Source: Piromyces finnis finn
Taxonomy: Eukaryota > Fungi > Neocallimastigomycota
Assembly (NCBI GenBank): GCA_002104945.1
Contig: MCFH01000042.1
Span: 186,001-250,000, forward strand
Direction of reading: 5' to 3'
DNA length: 64,000 bases
In this document: in pieces, positions 48,425 to 60,183 of the stretch
Numbering within the stretch: the first letter of the stretch is position 1
Layout: each line of letters starts with the position of its first letter
Notes under the pieces: model-generated
Seen by the model: the letters and a program-made list of their open reading frames with translations, nothing else
Told to the model about the DNA's origin: nothing
Databases searched by the model: none
Made by a program: the position numbers and the translations under genes

Positions 48425-49476
48425 GAAGAAATTTTTTGGGTTTTTGTAGTGGAATAATTATTATTATTATTACCACCATTATTATTAGTTGAATAATTAG
48501 ATTTTAAATTATTATTGTTATTATTATTATTGTAATATTTTTGATAATTGTTTCTATTATTATTATAATTATTGTTATTGTTATTATAAAATGAATTTTT
48601 TCTTCCATGGCTTTTATTATTAATTTGGTTTAACTTTTTATTTGAAATATTGTTTTGTTCAAATAAAATACATCTTGTGAAAATAGCTTCGAGAGTAGTA
48701 GGAAAGTCATATAATCTTTCAATATCTTCTTGATACTTAGGATGAAGACCAGTATAAAACATAAGAGTAACAGCTTCTTGATCCCAGTTAAAATATTGAA
48801 TATATGATCTAAATTCTTCCATATATTCATTAATTTTTCCATATGTTTGTTTCAATTTACTTAGCTTGATCTTAGCTAATTTACGGCTTGAAACATTTGG
48901 AAAAGCGTTTTTTAATTCTCCTAATAATTCGAACATAGTAGAGGGATGAGTATTTCCACTGTATCTTGTTAAATACCAAGTTCTAGCAATTCCTCTTAAT
49001 CTTGTTTTAACAAAATTAATTTTGGCTTCTTCCATCATATGTTTATTAGGATAGGTGCTAAAAGTATCTTCACAAATTTGACAGAATAGTTCAGTTTCAT
49101 GAGGATCACCAGAAAAAAGACCTTGGTCTGGAACTTGATTTATTGGAGTGGAATATTTTGATCTCATTATTACATCAAAATCCAAATCATATTTTGTAGA
49201 TGTAGATGGGGCAACTGAAGGGGTTAGGTCTGGCTGACCACCACTTGGTTTTCCATTCTTATTTAAATACTCTTGAATGGTGTTGATATTGTTAGAGACC
49301 GATTCCAAAACTTGTGCGAAATTAGCAGTATTTCTTTTAATTTCTTGAAACTGAGATTCAATATGTTTTTCAAAGTCTTTAACTTGACTAATAGTAGCAA
49401 AGTTTTCTTGAACGCTGTTCATAATGTCTACAGCAGTAGTTTTAGCATCTTCGCGGAGTTGATTAACTTCATCCAT
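48412..49476 (-). CDS. gag: Element F Gag (354 aa), Asn-rich tail, no CCHC knuckle
   Basis: Capsid-like FSGDP...AKINFVKTRLRGIARTWY...YMEEFRSY; lies directly upstream of pol. Confidence 0.88.
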   Translation of the reverse strand: MDEVNQLREDAKTTAVDIMNSVQENFATISQVKDFEKHIESQFQEIKRNTANFAQVLESVSNNINTIQEYLNKNGKPSGGQPDLTPSVAPSTSTKYDLDFDVIMRSKYSTPINQVPDQGLFSGDPHETELFCQICEDTFSTYPNKHMMEEAKINFVKTRLRGIARTWYLTRYSGNTHPSTMFELLGELKNAFPNVSSRKLAKIKLSKLKQTYGKINEYMEEFRSYIQYFNWDQEAVTLMFYTGLHPKYQEDIERLYDFPTTLEAIFTRCILFEQNNISNKKLNQINNKSHGRKNSFYNNNNNNYNNNRNNYQKYYNNNNNNNNLKSNYSTNNNGGNNNNNYSTTKTQKISSKNF

Positions 49477-50193
49477 AGTTTGCCAAGAGCTAGCAAAGTT
49501 TTATTCTGCCATCCTAAGGTAGTAACCAAAGTTAAGGTGAGATTATTGTCAAGAGTTAGAGTGGATTTAGAACTATAATTAAGTCTACTAGGTTAGGATA
49601 GGCTTAATTATATAGTAAATAATAAATTTTTATAAATAAAAGAGTAATAAATATAGTTTTTTAAGAAATATTTTATTTAATTTTTATAATATAAGTAAAT
49701 GATAATTATTAATTTTAAATATTGAATTTACTATATAAAAATGAGTATAATAATCTCACAAAGAACTTCTTAAAGTTGTTCTTTGTTCAACTTATTTATA
49801 CTTTCATTTTTAATATAATGTTGATATTAATAAAGTATAATAATAATATAATTTAAGTTATACATGTATAATAATATAAATATAAATATTAATAAAATAT
49901 AATAATAATAATAATATAATTTTCTTTAAATATCGATATTAATAAGTTGTTAAAAATAATATTAATAATTATTTAAATGAATCTTATTTTACTAATTGGT
50001 TTGTTTAATATTAATTGATTGTTACACTATTTATCTCCGGATAATAAATAGCTTTCCAATTAATATTTATATTAAATAAACTATTATTAGTAAAATATTA
50101 TTAAATTAATATTTTAATTAATTTAACTAATAATTCAAAATTATGAAATTTCATGAAATGTCAAATTTCATGAATTGTGATTTTGACATAAAA

Positions 50194-51157
50194 TATTAAG
50201 TTTTTGGATTTGGTTATGCGGCCAGGTCAGAATGTTATCAATTATATAGTAAATATGTTTTTAAGAAATTAAATTTAAATATAAAATAACCCTTTAAACT
50301 TCCAAATGAGAAATTAATATTTATTCTTTAGAATAACTTTTTTATAAAATTTTATTTATTTATTAATAATAATATAAATGATAATATATTTAATAACTAT
50401 ATAATTAAGATTATAACTATAATCTTTACAAAGAATTAAAATCAAATTCAATTCATTCTATTTTATATTCTTTGTTCAGATTATTAAATTGATAAAAATA
50501 AAGTATTACATGTAATATGTTAATAATATAATAAGATTGTTTGTTTGTTTGTTTGTTTGTTTGTTTTGTCATGACATAAAATAAAATAAACATATGATTA
50601 ATCATTTAAACACTTGATCCATTAACCTATTTTATAATAATTAAAATTATTTAATTTATAAATGTTAACCGTTACACCTAAATGGTTTAGTTCTATTTTT
50701 AGTAACAGTCACTATCATTAATTAAATTAATATAATTAGAATTTCTATTGATATCTTTTTAATTTTCGTCAAGTCATAAGAAATGTCTATGATCCATACT
50801 TGATATCATATTAATTTTAATTTACTTATTAAAATCTTCGAATGATCATATCTTCCTTAAATGACCTGTTAGAAGGACCGCGATTATACCAAAATGTAGC
50901 TTTTTCCTTAAGCTTTCTAATAAACCTGGTTTCACAACCGTAGCACTTATTTCGTGTTTGTTTATTTTTGGTTAAGGGTTATAGTGTATTGATATTAAAT
51001 TTTTTGAAATCATAACCCTTTCACTGAACCAAAATTTAAAAGGTGACTTTTAAAGGTGTTTTAAAATAATTATTGGGATTATTTAATTCTAATTATTATG
51101 TTTAATTAATTATAGATATTATCTGAATTTGTTTTAAATCCAGTTAATATCTTCACA
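50194..51157. mobile_element. Solo LTR-like repeat 'H2' (964 bp)
   Basis: Copy of H1 (start TA instead of TG); flanked by TAAAA (50189-50193, 51158-51162). Confidence 0.75.
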
Positions 51158-51221
51158 TAAAAATCAGGTTTAATAATAATTTTATATTTATTAATTTCAT
51201 TATTTATCATTTTTTTGAGCT

Positions 51222-51293
51222 GGGGATATAACTCAGTGGTAGAGTGCTTGCTTTGCATGCAAGAAGCCTCGGGTTCGATCCCCGATATCTCCA
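51222..51293 (+). tRNA. tRNA-Ala(UGC), intronless
   Basis: GGGGATA/TATCTCC acceptor with G3:U70; anticodon arm CTTGC-TT-TGC-AT-GCAAG; T arm TCGGG-TTCGATC-CCCGA; T4 terminator at 51300-51303. Confidence 0.96.
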
Positions 51294-51569
51294 GTAATAT
51301 TTTGTTACGTTACAATAAAAATATACTATTTTAATAATAAAAATAAATAGTAAAATATAAATATAAATTAAAATTTAAAAAGTTAAATAAATATTTCACA
51401 AAGAAGAAAAATATTCTCCACTTCTTTAATTCGAATGGAATAGTGATGATTAAATCAGAGCTTGAGAATTAATAATATTAGATCATATTTTATAAAAAGG
51501 AGTAAAATTCAAACAAGAATAATTATGAAAAAAGATCAATTCAGTTAATAAAAGTAATAAATTTAAAAT

Positions 51570-52510
51570 TTAAATGCTAAAAATGGAAACTTATGGATTT
51601 GTGGAATTGTTGGTAGATTATAATTAAAATATTAAATATATCTGTTGTATGAAGAATTTTATTTTAATATTTTTTAATTATAATATGTATTATTAAAAGA
51701 ATTAAGAAATGAATAGTGGGGAAGTTAATGTAATTATTGACTAGTGTAGGTTCATATTATTAAAGGAATCCAATTGTCATTGATAAGGATTTCGCTTATA
51801 TAAATGACATTTATACAAACTAACTAACTAGTAAATAGCACTCCCTTTACGTTTCTTGAGCAATATAAAATATTTAATGCTCTTAAAAGGTTTTTATTTT
51901 GAAATCTTAGAGTTGTCTATATAATTTATTAAATATTGAGTTAAATACAAACTTACAATCAAGAAGAGATGAACAAATATTGAGACAATATCTCTACCAT
52001 TTAATAATAGCAATCAGTCAATCAGTTTCAATTTTTATTCAAATTACGGATTCAATCCTAAATTTAATATTGAAATATCTTTAGATGAACAAAGAGTTAT
52101 AGATATTAAAAAAAAACATTAGACTTTTAATGAAAATCTTGATTTACGGGTTCAGTCCAAAGTTTTATATTGAAATATCTCCAGATGAAAAAAGAATTAT
52201 AGATACTAAAAAAAGAATATTAGAATTTTAATAAAATTCCTGATCAAATCTTGATCAGGATTATATATAAAAAGTATATAATAAGTATACTTATCAAAAA
52301 GTCGAAGAGGAATTCAATCAATAAAGTTTGAAGTCTAAGTGGATGTTTAGTAATTGAATCTCTAAACAAAAATGTTAATAGAAAACTTATAAAAAATTAT
52401 AATTTGGATAAAAATTTATGGATTCTTAAAGACCAAATTTTTAATAAATAAGCCCTAATAGAGTTATGTTGATATATAATGAATTTTTCATAAATACATA
52501 CCGATTATTG
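51570..52510 (+). pseudogene. Heavily decayed chromovirus-type integrase remnant with a ~100-bp internal duplication
   Basis: Short translatable patches EQILRQYL and FNNSNQSISFNFYSNYGFNP resemble IEQYLRCY and YNNS...FINYGFHP of C/F. 52044-52143 is repeated at 52144-52243. Many stops. Confidence 0.5.
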
Positions 52511-54709
52511 AAAGCAAATATTATACTTTAATAAAAATCTATAGCTCTTTAATAAATTAATTATTAAATTAAACACTCATTAACTTTTTTATTAAAAGTA
52601 AACAAATATTACAATCCATATTTTATTATATAATTAAACCTTTTTGTTATAATATTAAAAAATATTTAAATATGGCAACATGATTTTAACTCTTTATTAA
52701 CAATAAACAATTGTATCTTGGTCTGAATGGCAATTTTTGATTGAAATTTTCTTGGCTTAAAGTTATTCTATTATTAAATTGAACATTATAAATAATATAA
52801 AAAATTAATTAAATTCATGATATGGAATTAATTCTTTGTAAAATTTGCTATATTTTTTACTATATTATTTTATTATCACTTTTATTATTTAAATAAATAA
52901 ATTATTTTGAAATTAATTAGTTAACAAAATTGGGATAACATAACATTTTTTTTCTAGTCTAGTTTAATTTCTATTTAATTTAGTATTTAATACTAAGTTA
53001 ATAAGTTTTACAAAAATTTTACAATGATATCTGATTCTTTTAAAGTTATAAATACTATTAATAATAATTCATTGAACTATATTTATAAAATAAAAGATTT
53101 ATCTACTGCTATTATTTCAGAAAAATTATACAATTTTATTATTTTTATTATATTATATATATATTTAAATAATAGAATGACTTTCAATTCTAGTAGTTAT
53201 TGATTATTATTAATTCAAATAGCAGTCATTTGTTGATGTCGTTGAAAAAGATTAGGACCAAGCTTAATGGTGGAACTTCAGAAAGTAATTAAGCATTTAT
53301 TGTGCAATGATTATTACATTCTCATAGTATCATAAGTATTTTTTTATTGACAGCATGTATTTAATTAAAATTTTAATACATGTATTTAAAAATAAATTTA
53401 AAAATTAAAAATAAAAATTTAAAACCATTTTCTGAATCATCTAGAATGTTCAATAACTTTTAATAAAACAGTCATTAAAAAAACAATAAAAATATCATCT
53501 ACAAAATAAATCAACTGGTTTATGAATTCTTCATATTTTGAGAAAATCTAATGAGTAAAACTAAGAACACTATTAAAATTAATATTACAAGGCTTCTTAT
53601 ACAAATTTAAATTCCCATTTAATATATTTAATATGACTAATTCAAAAAATTCAACTGTAAGCTGTGAATATTTTAGATTGAGTTTATAAAGGATATTTTT
53701 AAATCCAAATTTAAATATCCTGTATTTTCCAGATATATGAGCATCAATTAGTTTGTAAAAGTCATTTTCCCAATAGTATTTACAGATCTCTTAAGGTGGT
53801 TTATCTTTATTAGTTTTCTTTGCTATATTAAGTGACTTTTTCGTCAAAAAATAATGTAATATTGTTGGAATATTATAATTAAATTGGCAATAATACAAGA
53901 AGATTTTTCCATTTATTGAAACAATATATCTGAGTATTTACACAGAATTTAGCTAATGGAGATATGAACATGTTTTATATAGTTGTATTTGAAGTATTAT
54001 TTAAATTGAAATAAGAATAGTATTTATTATAAAAATAGAATGCTCAATTTTCCAGAATTTAAGCTTTAGTGACAAAGTGCTATTAGAAAAAAAAAGAATT
54101 ACCAGGAGTCCATAATAAACCTAATAAAATTATACAAATATATAAATATATATAATATAAAGAATAAAAAATTTATAGAAAAGAAATAGATAAAGTTTAC
54201 AAAAGAATGTTAATAGAAAAAGATACAAAAAATAAATATTAACAGTGTAATTTAAAAAAAAGAGCATTTAAAAAGAAAAATTACTTTAATTTTTTTAATA
54301 TTCTTTTTTATTTTATTAATAGAAAGAAAACATTACTGAAATCATAAAAAATCGTAAATTAAATGAAAAAAAAAGCTGCCCTCGAAAATAAATAAAAAAT
54401 AGAAATAGAAAAAAAATTAGCTATTGACATTACATAAAACAATAGTATTAATAAGAGATAGGATTCTATGAGTTCTATTTTTGTTGAAATCTAGTAATAT
54501 AACATAGTAAAGACTTTACTTAAAATATAGAAATGAATGCTATATTTTTTAAACCAATAAGAATACAATTGTTGGTAAGAAAGTTTTTAAAAGAGAATGA
54601 AGATTTTTAAACCTTTTTGTACATATTAGATAGAATAGGAGTCAGAGAAAGATTTTCTTCAAATGAAATTCCAAAATAGGTATAGCAAGAACCTTTGGAA
54701 TCGATTACA

Positions 54710-56151
54710 TTTTTTTTTAAACGGCATCAAATATTTTAAATTTTATTTATTAATTTAATTAAAATTATAATACATGTAATATAAAAAAATTAAAAATTAA
54801 AATAAAAATAAAAATAAAAAAAATATGTTTAAATAAACACAAATGAATAAAAATTGGGTATAATGTATTCTAGTAATTTTAATTAAAGTAAGAAAGCCAC
54901 TATCATACTAAAGTATAATAATTGTATTTGACTTCCAATGGGAAACCGAGCCAAAGATCAAAATTTTGTCATGGAACAAAATTATGATCTCCATTGGTTG
55001 CGCTGGCCCTCCTGGCCTGTCTTACTGTTTCTTCAGCATTGACGCTCTTGGATGTTGCTTCAAACCTTTTGAACATTGACCATTGCTGGCCAATAGCAAA
55101 AGGCATGATTTTGGTTAGAAGTTCCGCGGTTACCGTCAAGAATGGTGTTCCTTCGTTAGTACCAGATTGAATCTGACGCTTATAAAGTTCTTTCCATTCC
55201 CTTGAATTGTAATTAATATTGTTAAAACTTCTTCCCCCAAGAAGGAATTTAAATATTTTACTGCACACACTAGAATAATCATACACGTTAATATTCACCG
55301 GATTATTAGAACTATTACTATCATTAACTAAATTACTATCTAAATTAGAATTATTATCTTCACTATTGCTATCATTACTAATATTATTATTTCTATTATT
55401 GTTATTATTACTATTGTTACTATTACTATTGTTACTATTACTATTGTTATTACTACTATTGTTACTATTACTATTAATGTTATTACTATCTCTACTGATA
55501 TTATCAATTTCATTATTATTGATAGGACTATTGGAATTACGTTGACTGAAAAAATTTAATAGCTGGACTATGGAATCATAATGTTTAATACGGATATCTC
55601 TAAATGTTGGACAATCTAATAACCAATGTTTAATACTTTGAACACCACACTTGCAACATGGACAGTAGTTAGGACAAACTGGATCAACAAATTTAGCAGC
55701 TTTGGCAACTCTAGCATCCAACTTGTATCCGCTTCTTGCTTTCAAGAGCCAGTAGAAGCCATAGGCAAACTCTGGGTACTCATAACATAATTTAATAAAA
55801 TTTTTAGTTTCAATAAACTTATTATCATCATAATATTGCGCTTTGATTGAATTCCCTTTGAGATCTTTCCAATAAAAGTTTTTAACTTCTTTAACATCTC
55901 CATGTTTCTTTAGTTTTTTATCAAGTGTCCTACTTGATTTGCACCACGTGTATTTTCTAAATTTAGGAATGTAATTGACAAGGTGTGAGATAATACAATT
56001 TGAGTTTTTCCATTTGTTAAAACATTTAACCTGAGCTAATGCACATTTGGCTGACAATGGAGGAATATTCAAATCTTTTGAGATAGAGTATAAAGATATA
56101 AACGATACAGCTTTATGAACTCCGGCAACCCATCGTACTCCTTTGTTAACA
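54710..56151 (-). mobile_element. 5'-truncated LINE copy (1.44 kb; 3' end of ORF, 3' UTR, poly-A)
   Basis: Near-identical to ~56152-57597; ORF fragment 54969-56072; A-tail at 54710-54718. Confidence 0.92.
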
Positions 56152-59100
56152 TTTTTTTTTTTTTTTTAACGGCATCAAATATTTTAAACTTTATTATTAA
56201 TTTAATTAAAATTATAATACATGTAATAAAAAAATTAAAAATTAAAATAAAAATAAAAATAAAAAAAATATGTTTAAATAAACACAAATGAATAAAAATT
56301 GGGTATAATGTATTCTAGTAATTTTAATTAAAGTAAGAAAGCCACTATCATACTAAAGTATAATAATTGTATTTGACTTCCAATGGGACACCGAGCCAAA
56401 GATCAAAATTTTGTCATGGAACAAAATTATGATCTCCATTGGTTGCGCTGGCCCTCCTGGCCTGTCTTACTGTTTCTTCAGCATTGACGCTCTTGGATGT
56501 TGCTTCAAACCTTTTGAACATTGTCCATTGCTGGCCAATAGCAAAAGGCATGATTTTGGTTAGAATTTCCGCGGTTACCGTCAAGAATGGTGTTCCTTCG
56601 TTAGTACCAGATTGAATCTGACGCTTACAAAGTTCTTTCCATTCCCTTGAATTGTAATTAATATTGTTAAAACTTCTTCCCCCAAGAAGGAATTTAAATA
56701 TTTTACTGCACACACTAGAATAATCATACACATTAATATTCACCGGATTATTAGAACTATTACTATCATTAACTAAATTACTATCTAAATTAGAATTATT
56801 ATCTTCACTATTGCTATCATTACTAATATTATTATTTCTATTATTGTTATTATTACTATTGTTACTATTACTATTGTTACTATTACTATTGTTATTACTA
56901 CTATTGTTACTATTACTATTAATGTTATTACTATCTCTACTGATATTAACATTTTCATTATTATTAATAGGACTATTGGAATTACGTTGACTGAAAAAAT
57001 TTAATAGCTGGACTATGGAATCATAATGTTTAATACGGATATCTCTAAATGTTGGACAATCTAATAACCAATGTTTAATACTTTGATCTCCACACTTGCA
57101 ACATGGACAGTAGTTAGGACAAACTGGATCAACAAATTTAGCAGCTTTGGCAACTCTAGCATCCAACTTGTATCCGCTTCTTGCTTTCAATAGCCAGTAG
57201 AAGCCATAGGCAAACTCTGGGTACTCATAACATAATTTAATAAAATCTTTAGTTTCAATAAATTTATTATCATCATAATATTGCGCTTTGATTGAATTCC
57301 CTTTGAGATCTTTCCAATAAAAGTTTTTAACTGCTTTAACATCTCCATGTTTCTTTAGTTTTTTATCAAGTGTCCTACTTGATTTGCACCACGTGTATTT
57401 TCTAAATTTAGGAATGTAATTGACAAGGTGTGAGATAATACAATTTGAGTTTTTCCATTTGTTAAAACATCTAACCTGAGCTAACGCACATTTGGCTGAC
57501 AATGGAGGAATATTCAAATCTTTTGAGATAGAGTATAAAGATATAAACGATACAGCTTTATGAACTCCGGCAACCCATCGTATTCCTTTGTTAACATGCT
57601 TCTGAGCAATCCTAGACCTAGCTTTGTTGGATCCAAGTAATGGTGCAAAGTATGAAACTCTGCTAATCACTTGTGAGTTAAGTACTAGTTTTTTGAAAGG
57701 AATAGGAATATTAGGATTTCTTAAGAATTTACTGACTGAGAAAAGTCCTTTCAAAACCTTGTTATTAAGAGCTTTAATAACTGGTTTAAGGGACAGATTC
57801 TTATCAAATGGAACACCAAGATAAGTATAACAATCAGTAGTTGGAATGGGTTGTCCTGCTAAGTAAAATGTTGGATCTCTCTTGTTCTGATTTTCTATTG
57901 ATTCAGGACGAATCACCATCGTTGAACATTTCTGGATACCAAATTCCATTTCATTATACAAGGCCCATTCATTAACTCTTCTAAGCATCTTTTTTAAGCA
58001 TCCTCTTGTTGGAGCACAAATAACTATATCATCTGCAAAAAGTCCACCACAGCATCGAGTGTCACCTAAACTGACTCCTAGATCTTCGCACTCTCTAAAT
58101 ATATCATTAATAAAGAGATTAAAGAGAATAGGAGAAAGAGGGCATCCTTGACGGACTCCTTTCTTCACATCAAAAGATTTCGAGAATTGTCCATCTAATT
58201 TGACATTAGCCTTAGATGTTAAATATAAATTTTTGATAAATTGTAGACTCTTACCTCGGATTCCTAAACAATCTAATTTATGGAGAATATTACCGATTGG
58301 GACTGAATCGTATGCTTTCCTGAGATCTAAAAAGGCCAAATATGTCTCTTTATTATCTAATTGACGTCTACGGCATATTTCTTGGATTGAAATGAAAAGA
58401 CTAATACTTTCTTCCTTTTTTCGAAAACCAAATTGTTCAGGTCTAATGAAATTATTCTTTAGACCATATTCTGAGATTCTAGTGGTGACAATTTTGGAAA
58501 TCAACTTAATACCATTATTGATAAGTGATATACCTCGATAGTTATCACAATCTGTCAAATCTCCCTTCTTAGGAATAGAAACAATACTGGATTCATTCCA
58601 TGAGTTGGGGAAATCTCCATCCCAAATACGGTTGAATAATTTAAGAATAAAATTTAAACCATGAGCATCATTATCTGAAGTAGTATTACCAGAAGAATTA
58701 TTATCTGTAGCATTATTAGAATCATTACTTGATGGAATTAATGCTTTGTAAAATTCAATTGGAATACCATCCGGACCTGATGCTTTATAATTCGGAGTAG
58801 AGAGGATAGCTGACTTGACTTCATCAATACTAATATCTTGGTTGATATCCCATTCATCAAGCATAGGGAGTGAAAAACGTTTATTCGTTGGTTCTTCATA
58901 CCAATGCTCCAAATCAAGACTTACACCACTTGGATCTGATGCAAGCTTTTCGAAATGATCATGCCACACATCTAGTTGTTCTTCCGTAGCAACAACTAAT
59001 TCTCCATTTTTGTTTTTAATTGGTTGAGCAATAAAGAAAGAATCTTTTCCAATTTTTGCAGTTTTCTTGATCCATTTCCAGGCCTTCTTAGGATTATGAC

Positions 59101-60019
59101 TCTTCATATACTCACATCCTGTTTTAATCCAATGAAGATATTCTTGTTTCCTAAATTCATTACATCTTTTGTGGATGTAATCAATGAGCTTACGGTAGAT
59201 TTTAATTCTTTTAATAAATTCATCTATATCATAAATTCTTTCTTTTTTAAATCTCTTATACAACTTCATTTTGATTTTTTGGAGATTAAAAATTTGTTGT
59301 GAAATATGAAATGAAGACTTTATAACATTATTTGCTGAGGTAATACTGAGCTCGTCTGCAATTGAAAAAGCAGTTGAAGTAAATTCTTTGGAAAGTTCAT
59401 CTGTAGAAACATTAGGATCGTTGAATTTTGCTGAAAGTATTTGGAATTTATTATGACTGAGAATAGATTCCTTTTCCTCAATACATTTTAATCTATTCCA
59501 TTTCAGAATTTTCTTAGGAACGTTAAAGTCATTAGAAAAATCATCCATAGGAATAATTTTACCATTAATAAGAAGTGGCTTATGGTCTGATACAGGATAA
59601 AAATTATTTATAAATGATCCTGAGTGAATAAGATCTTTCATCTTCGAATTGATAAGAGCATGGTCAATGTCGGAAGATTGATCACCTCGAGTCCAAGAGA
59701 TAGTAGACCCTCTAAGCGGAAGAATTTCCCAATCTCCTAATCCATTAGTTGATAACCAGTTGGATAATTTTACTTTAGACATATTAAAATCACCAACAAG
59801 AATCGATGGATGGGATGAATGAGTTTGTAACCACAAGCGAACTTCTAACTTTGCATGATCAACATAGATGTTGTGATGACTATGAGGCATATAAACATTT
59901 CCAATCGAGCATTTGAATCTATTTTCTTTCTACTCTCTCAGTACCATGAGCATGAGTAGACCCCCTTGAGAAACTACATTTATTAAATAAATGAAGGCAC
60001 GTTCCCAAGAGGGTTAGGA
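56152..60019 (-). mobile_element. Non-LTR retrotransposon (APE-type LINE), probably 5'-truncated
   Basis: Poly-A at 56152-56167; ~250-nt 3' UTR; 1158-aa ORF; no ORF1 seen. The 5' boundary is approximate. Confidence 0.88.
56414..59890 (-). CDS. LINE ORF2-like protein: APE endonuclease (partial) - RT - CCHC - Asn-rich segment
   Basis: APE: IGNVYMP, LVGDFN, IDHAL, SDHKPL. RT: ASGPDGIP, NYRGISLIN, QFGFR, LDLRKAYDSV, GVRQGCPLSPILF, LFADD. CCHC: CPCC...IKHWLLDCP. Confidence 0.92.
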   Translation of the reverse strand: MPHSHHNIYVDHAKLEVRLWLQTHSSHPSILVGDFNMSKVKLSNWLSTNGLGDWEILPLRGSTISWTRGDQSSDIDHALINSKMKDLIHSGSFINNFYPVSDHKPLLINGKIIPMDDFSNDFNVPKKILKWNRLKCIEEKESILSHNKFQILSAKFNDPNVSTDELSKEFTSTAFSIADELSITSANNVIKSSFHISQQIFNLQKIKMKLYKRFKKERIYDIDEFIKRIKIYRKLIDYIHKRCNEFRKQEYLHWIKTGCEYMKSHNPKKAWKWIKKTAKIGKDSFFIAQPIKNKNGELVVATEEQLDVWHDHFEKLASDPSGVSLDLEHWYEEPTNKRFSLPMLDEWDINQDISIDEVKSAILSTPNYKASGPDGIPIEFYKALIPSSNDSNNATDNNSSGNTTSDNDAHGLNFILKLFNRIWDGDFPNSWNESSIVSIPKKGDLTDCDNYRGISLINNGIKLISKIVTTRISEYGLKNNFIRPEQFGFRKKEESISLFISIQEICRRRQLDNKETYLAFLDLRKAYDSVPIGNILHKLDCLGIRGKSLQFIKNLYLTSKANVKLDGQFSKSFDVKKGVRQGCPLSPILFNLFINDIFRECEDLGVSLGDTRCCGGLFADDIVICAPTRGCLKKMLRRVNEWALYNEMEFGIQKCSTMVIRPESIENQNKRDPTFYLAGQPIPTTDCYTYLGVPFDKNLSLKPVIKALNNKVLKGLFSVSKFLRNPNIPIPFKKLVLNSQVISRVSYFAPLLGSNKARSRIAQKHVNKGIRWVAGVHKAVSFISLYSISKDLNIPPLSAKCALAQVRCFNKWKNSNCIISHLVNYIPKFRKYTWCKSSRTLDKKLKKHGDVKAVKNFYWKDLKGNSIKAQYYDDNKFIETKDFIKLCYEYPEFAYGFYWLLKARSGYKLDARVAKAAKFVDPVCPNYCPCCKCGDQSIKHWLLDCPTFRDIRIKHYDSIVQLLNFFSQRNSNSPINNNENVNISRDSNNINSNSNNSSNNNSNSNNSNSNNSNNNNNRNNNISNDSNSEDNNSNLDSNLVNDSNSSNNPVNINVYDYSSVCSKIFKFLLGGRSFNNINYNSREWKELCKRQIQSGTNEGTPFLTVTAEILTKIMPFAIGQQWTMFKRFEATSKSVNAEETVRQARRASATNGDHNFVP

Positions 60020-60065
60020 TTAACATTACCCAAACCCGGGCCCTATATATATATAATGAAATAAA

Positions 60066-60067
<2 letters not shown>

Positions 60068-60105
<38 letters not shown>
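60068..60105 (-). terminator. T38 tract; likely Pol III terminator for the tRNA pair
   Basis: Begins 3 nt after the tRNA-Thr discriminator on the tRNA strand. Confidence 0.6.
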
Positions 60106-60107
<2 letters not shown>

Positions 60108-60108
<1 letters not shown>

Positions 60109-60179
60109 GCCTATTGACGGAATTGAACCACCGACCTTCGCTTTACAAGAGCGACGCTCTACCACTAAGCCAAACAGGC
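60108..60179 (-). tRNA. tRNA-Thr(UGU)
   Basis: GCCTGTT/AATAGGC acceptor; TCGCT-CT-TGT-AA-AGCGA anticodon arm; GGTTCAATTCC B box. Confidence 0.95.
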
Positions 60180-60183
60180 ATTA

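Larger units (their letters stand above)
43569..50188 (-). mobile_element. Full-length chromovirus-type Ty3/gypsy element 'F' with intact gag and pol and a chromodomain-like C-terminus
   Basis: LTRs 49547-50188 (642 bp) and 43569-44146 (578 bp, internal deletion). TSD TAAAA. PPT AGTGGAAGGGCGT 44159-44147. Self-complementary PBS 49537-49546. Confidence 0.94.

Noticed and set aside
13061-51157. Hammerhead ribozyme / retrozyme in the hairpin-rich solo LTRs
   Set aside because: I found no CUGAUGA...GAAA core in the LTRs by eye; the occurrences I saw lie inside pol coding sequence.
53450-54100. Possible decayed host or membrane-protein gene fragments on the minus strand (e.g. ...YYWENDFYKLIDAHISG...)
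   Set aside because: Short, stop-riddled and no motif I can assign; needs tBLASTx.
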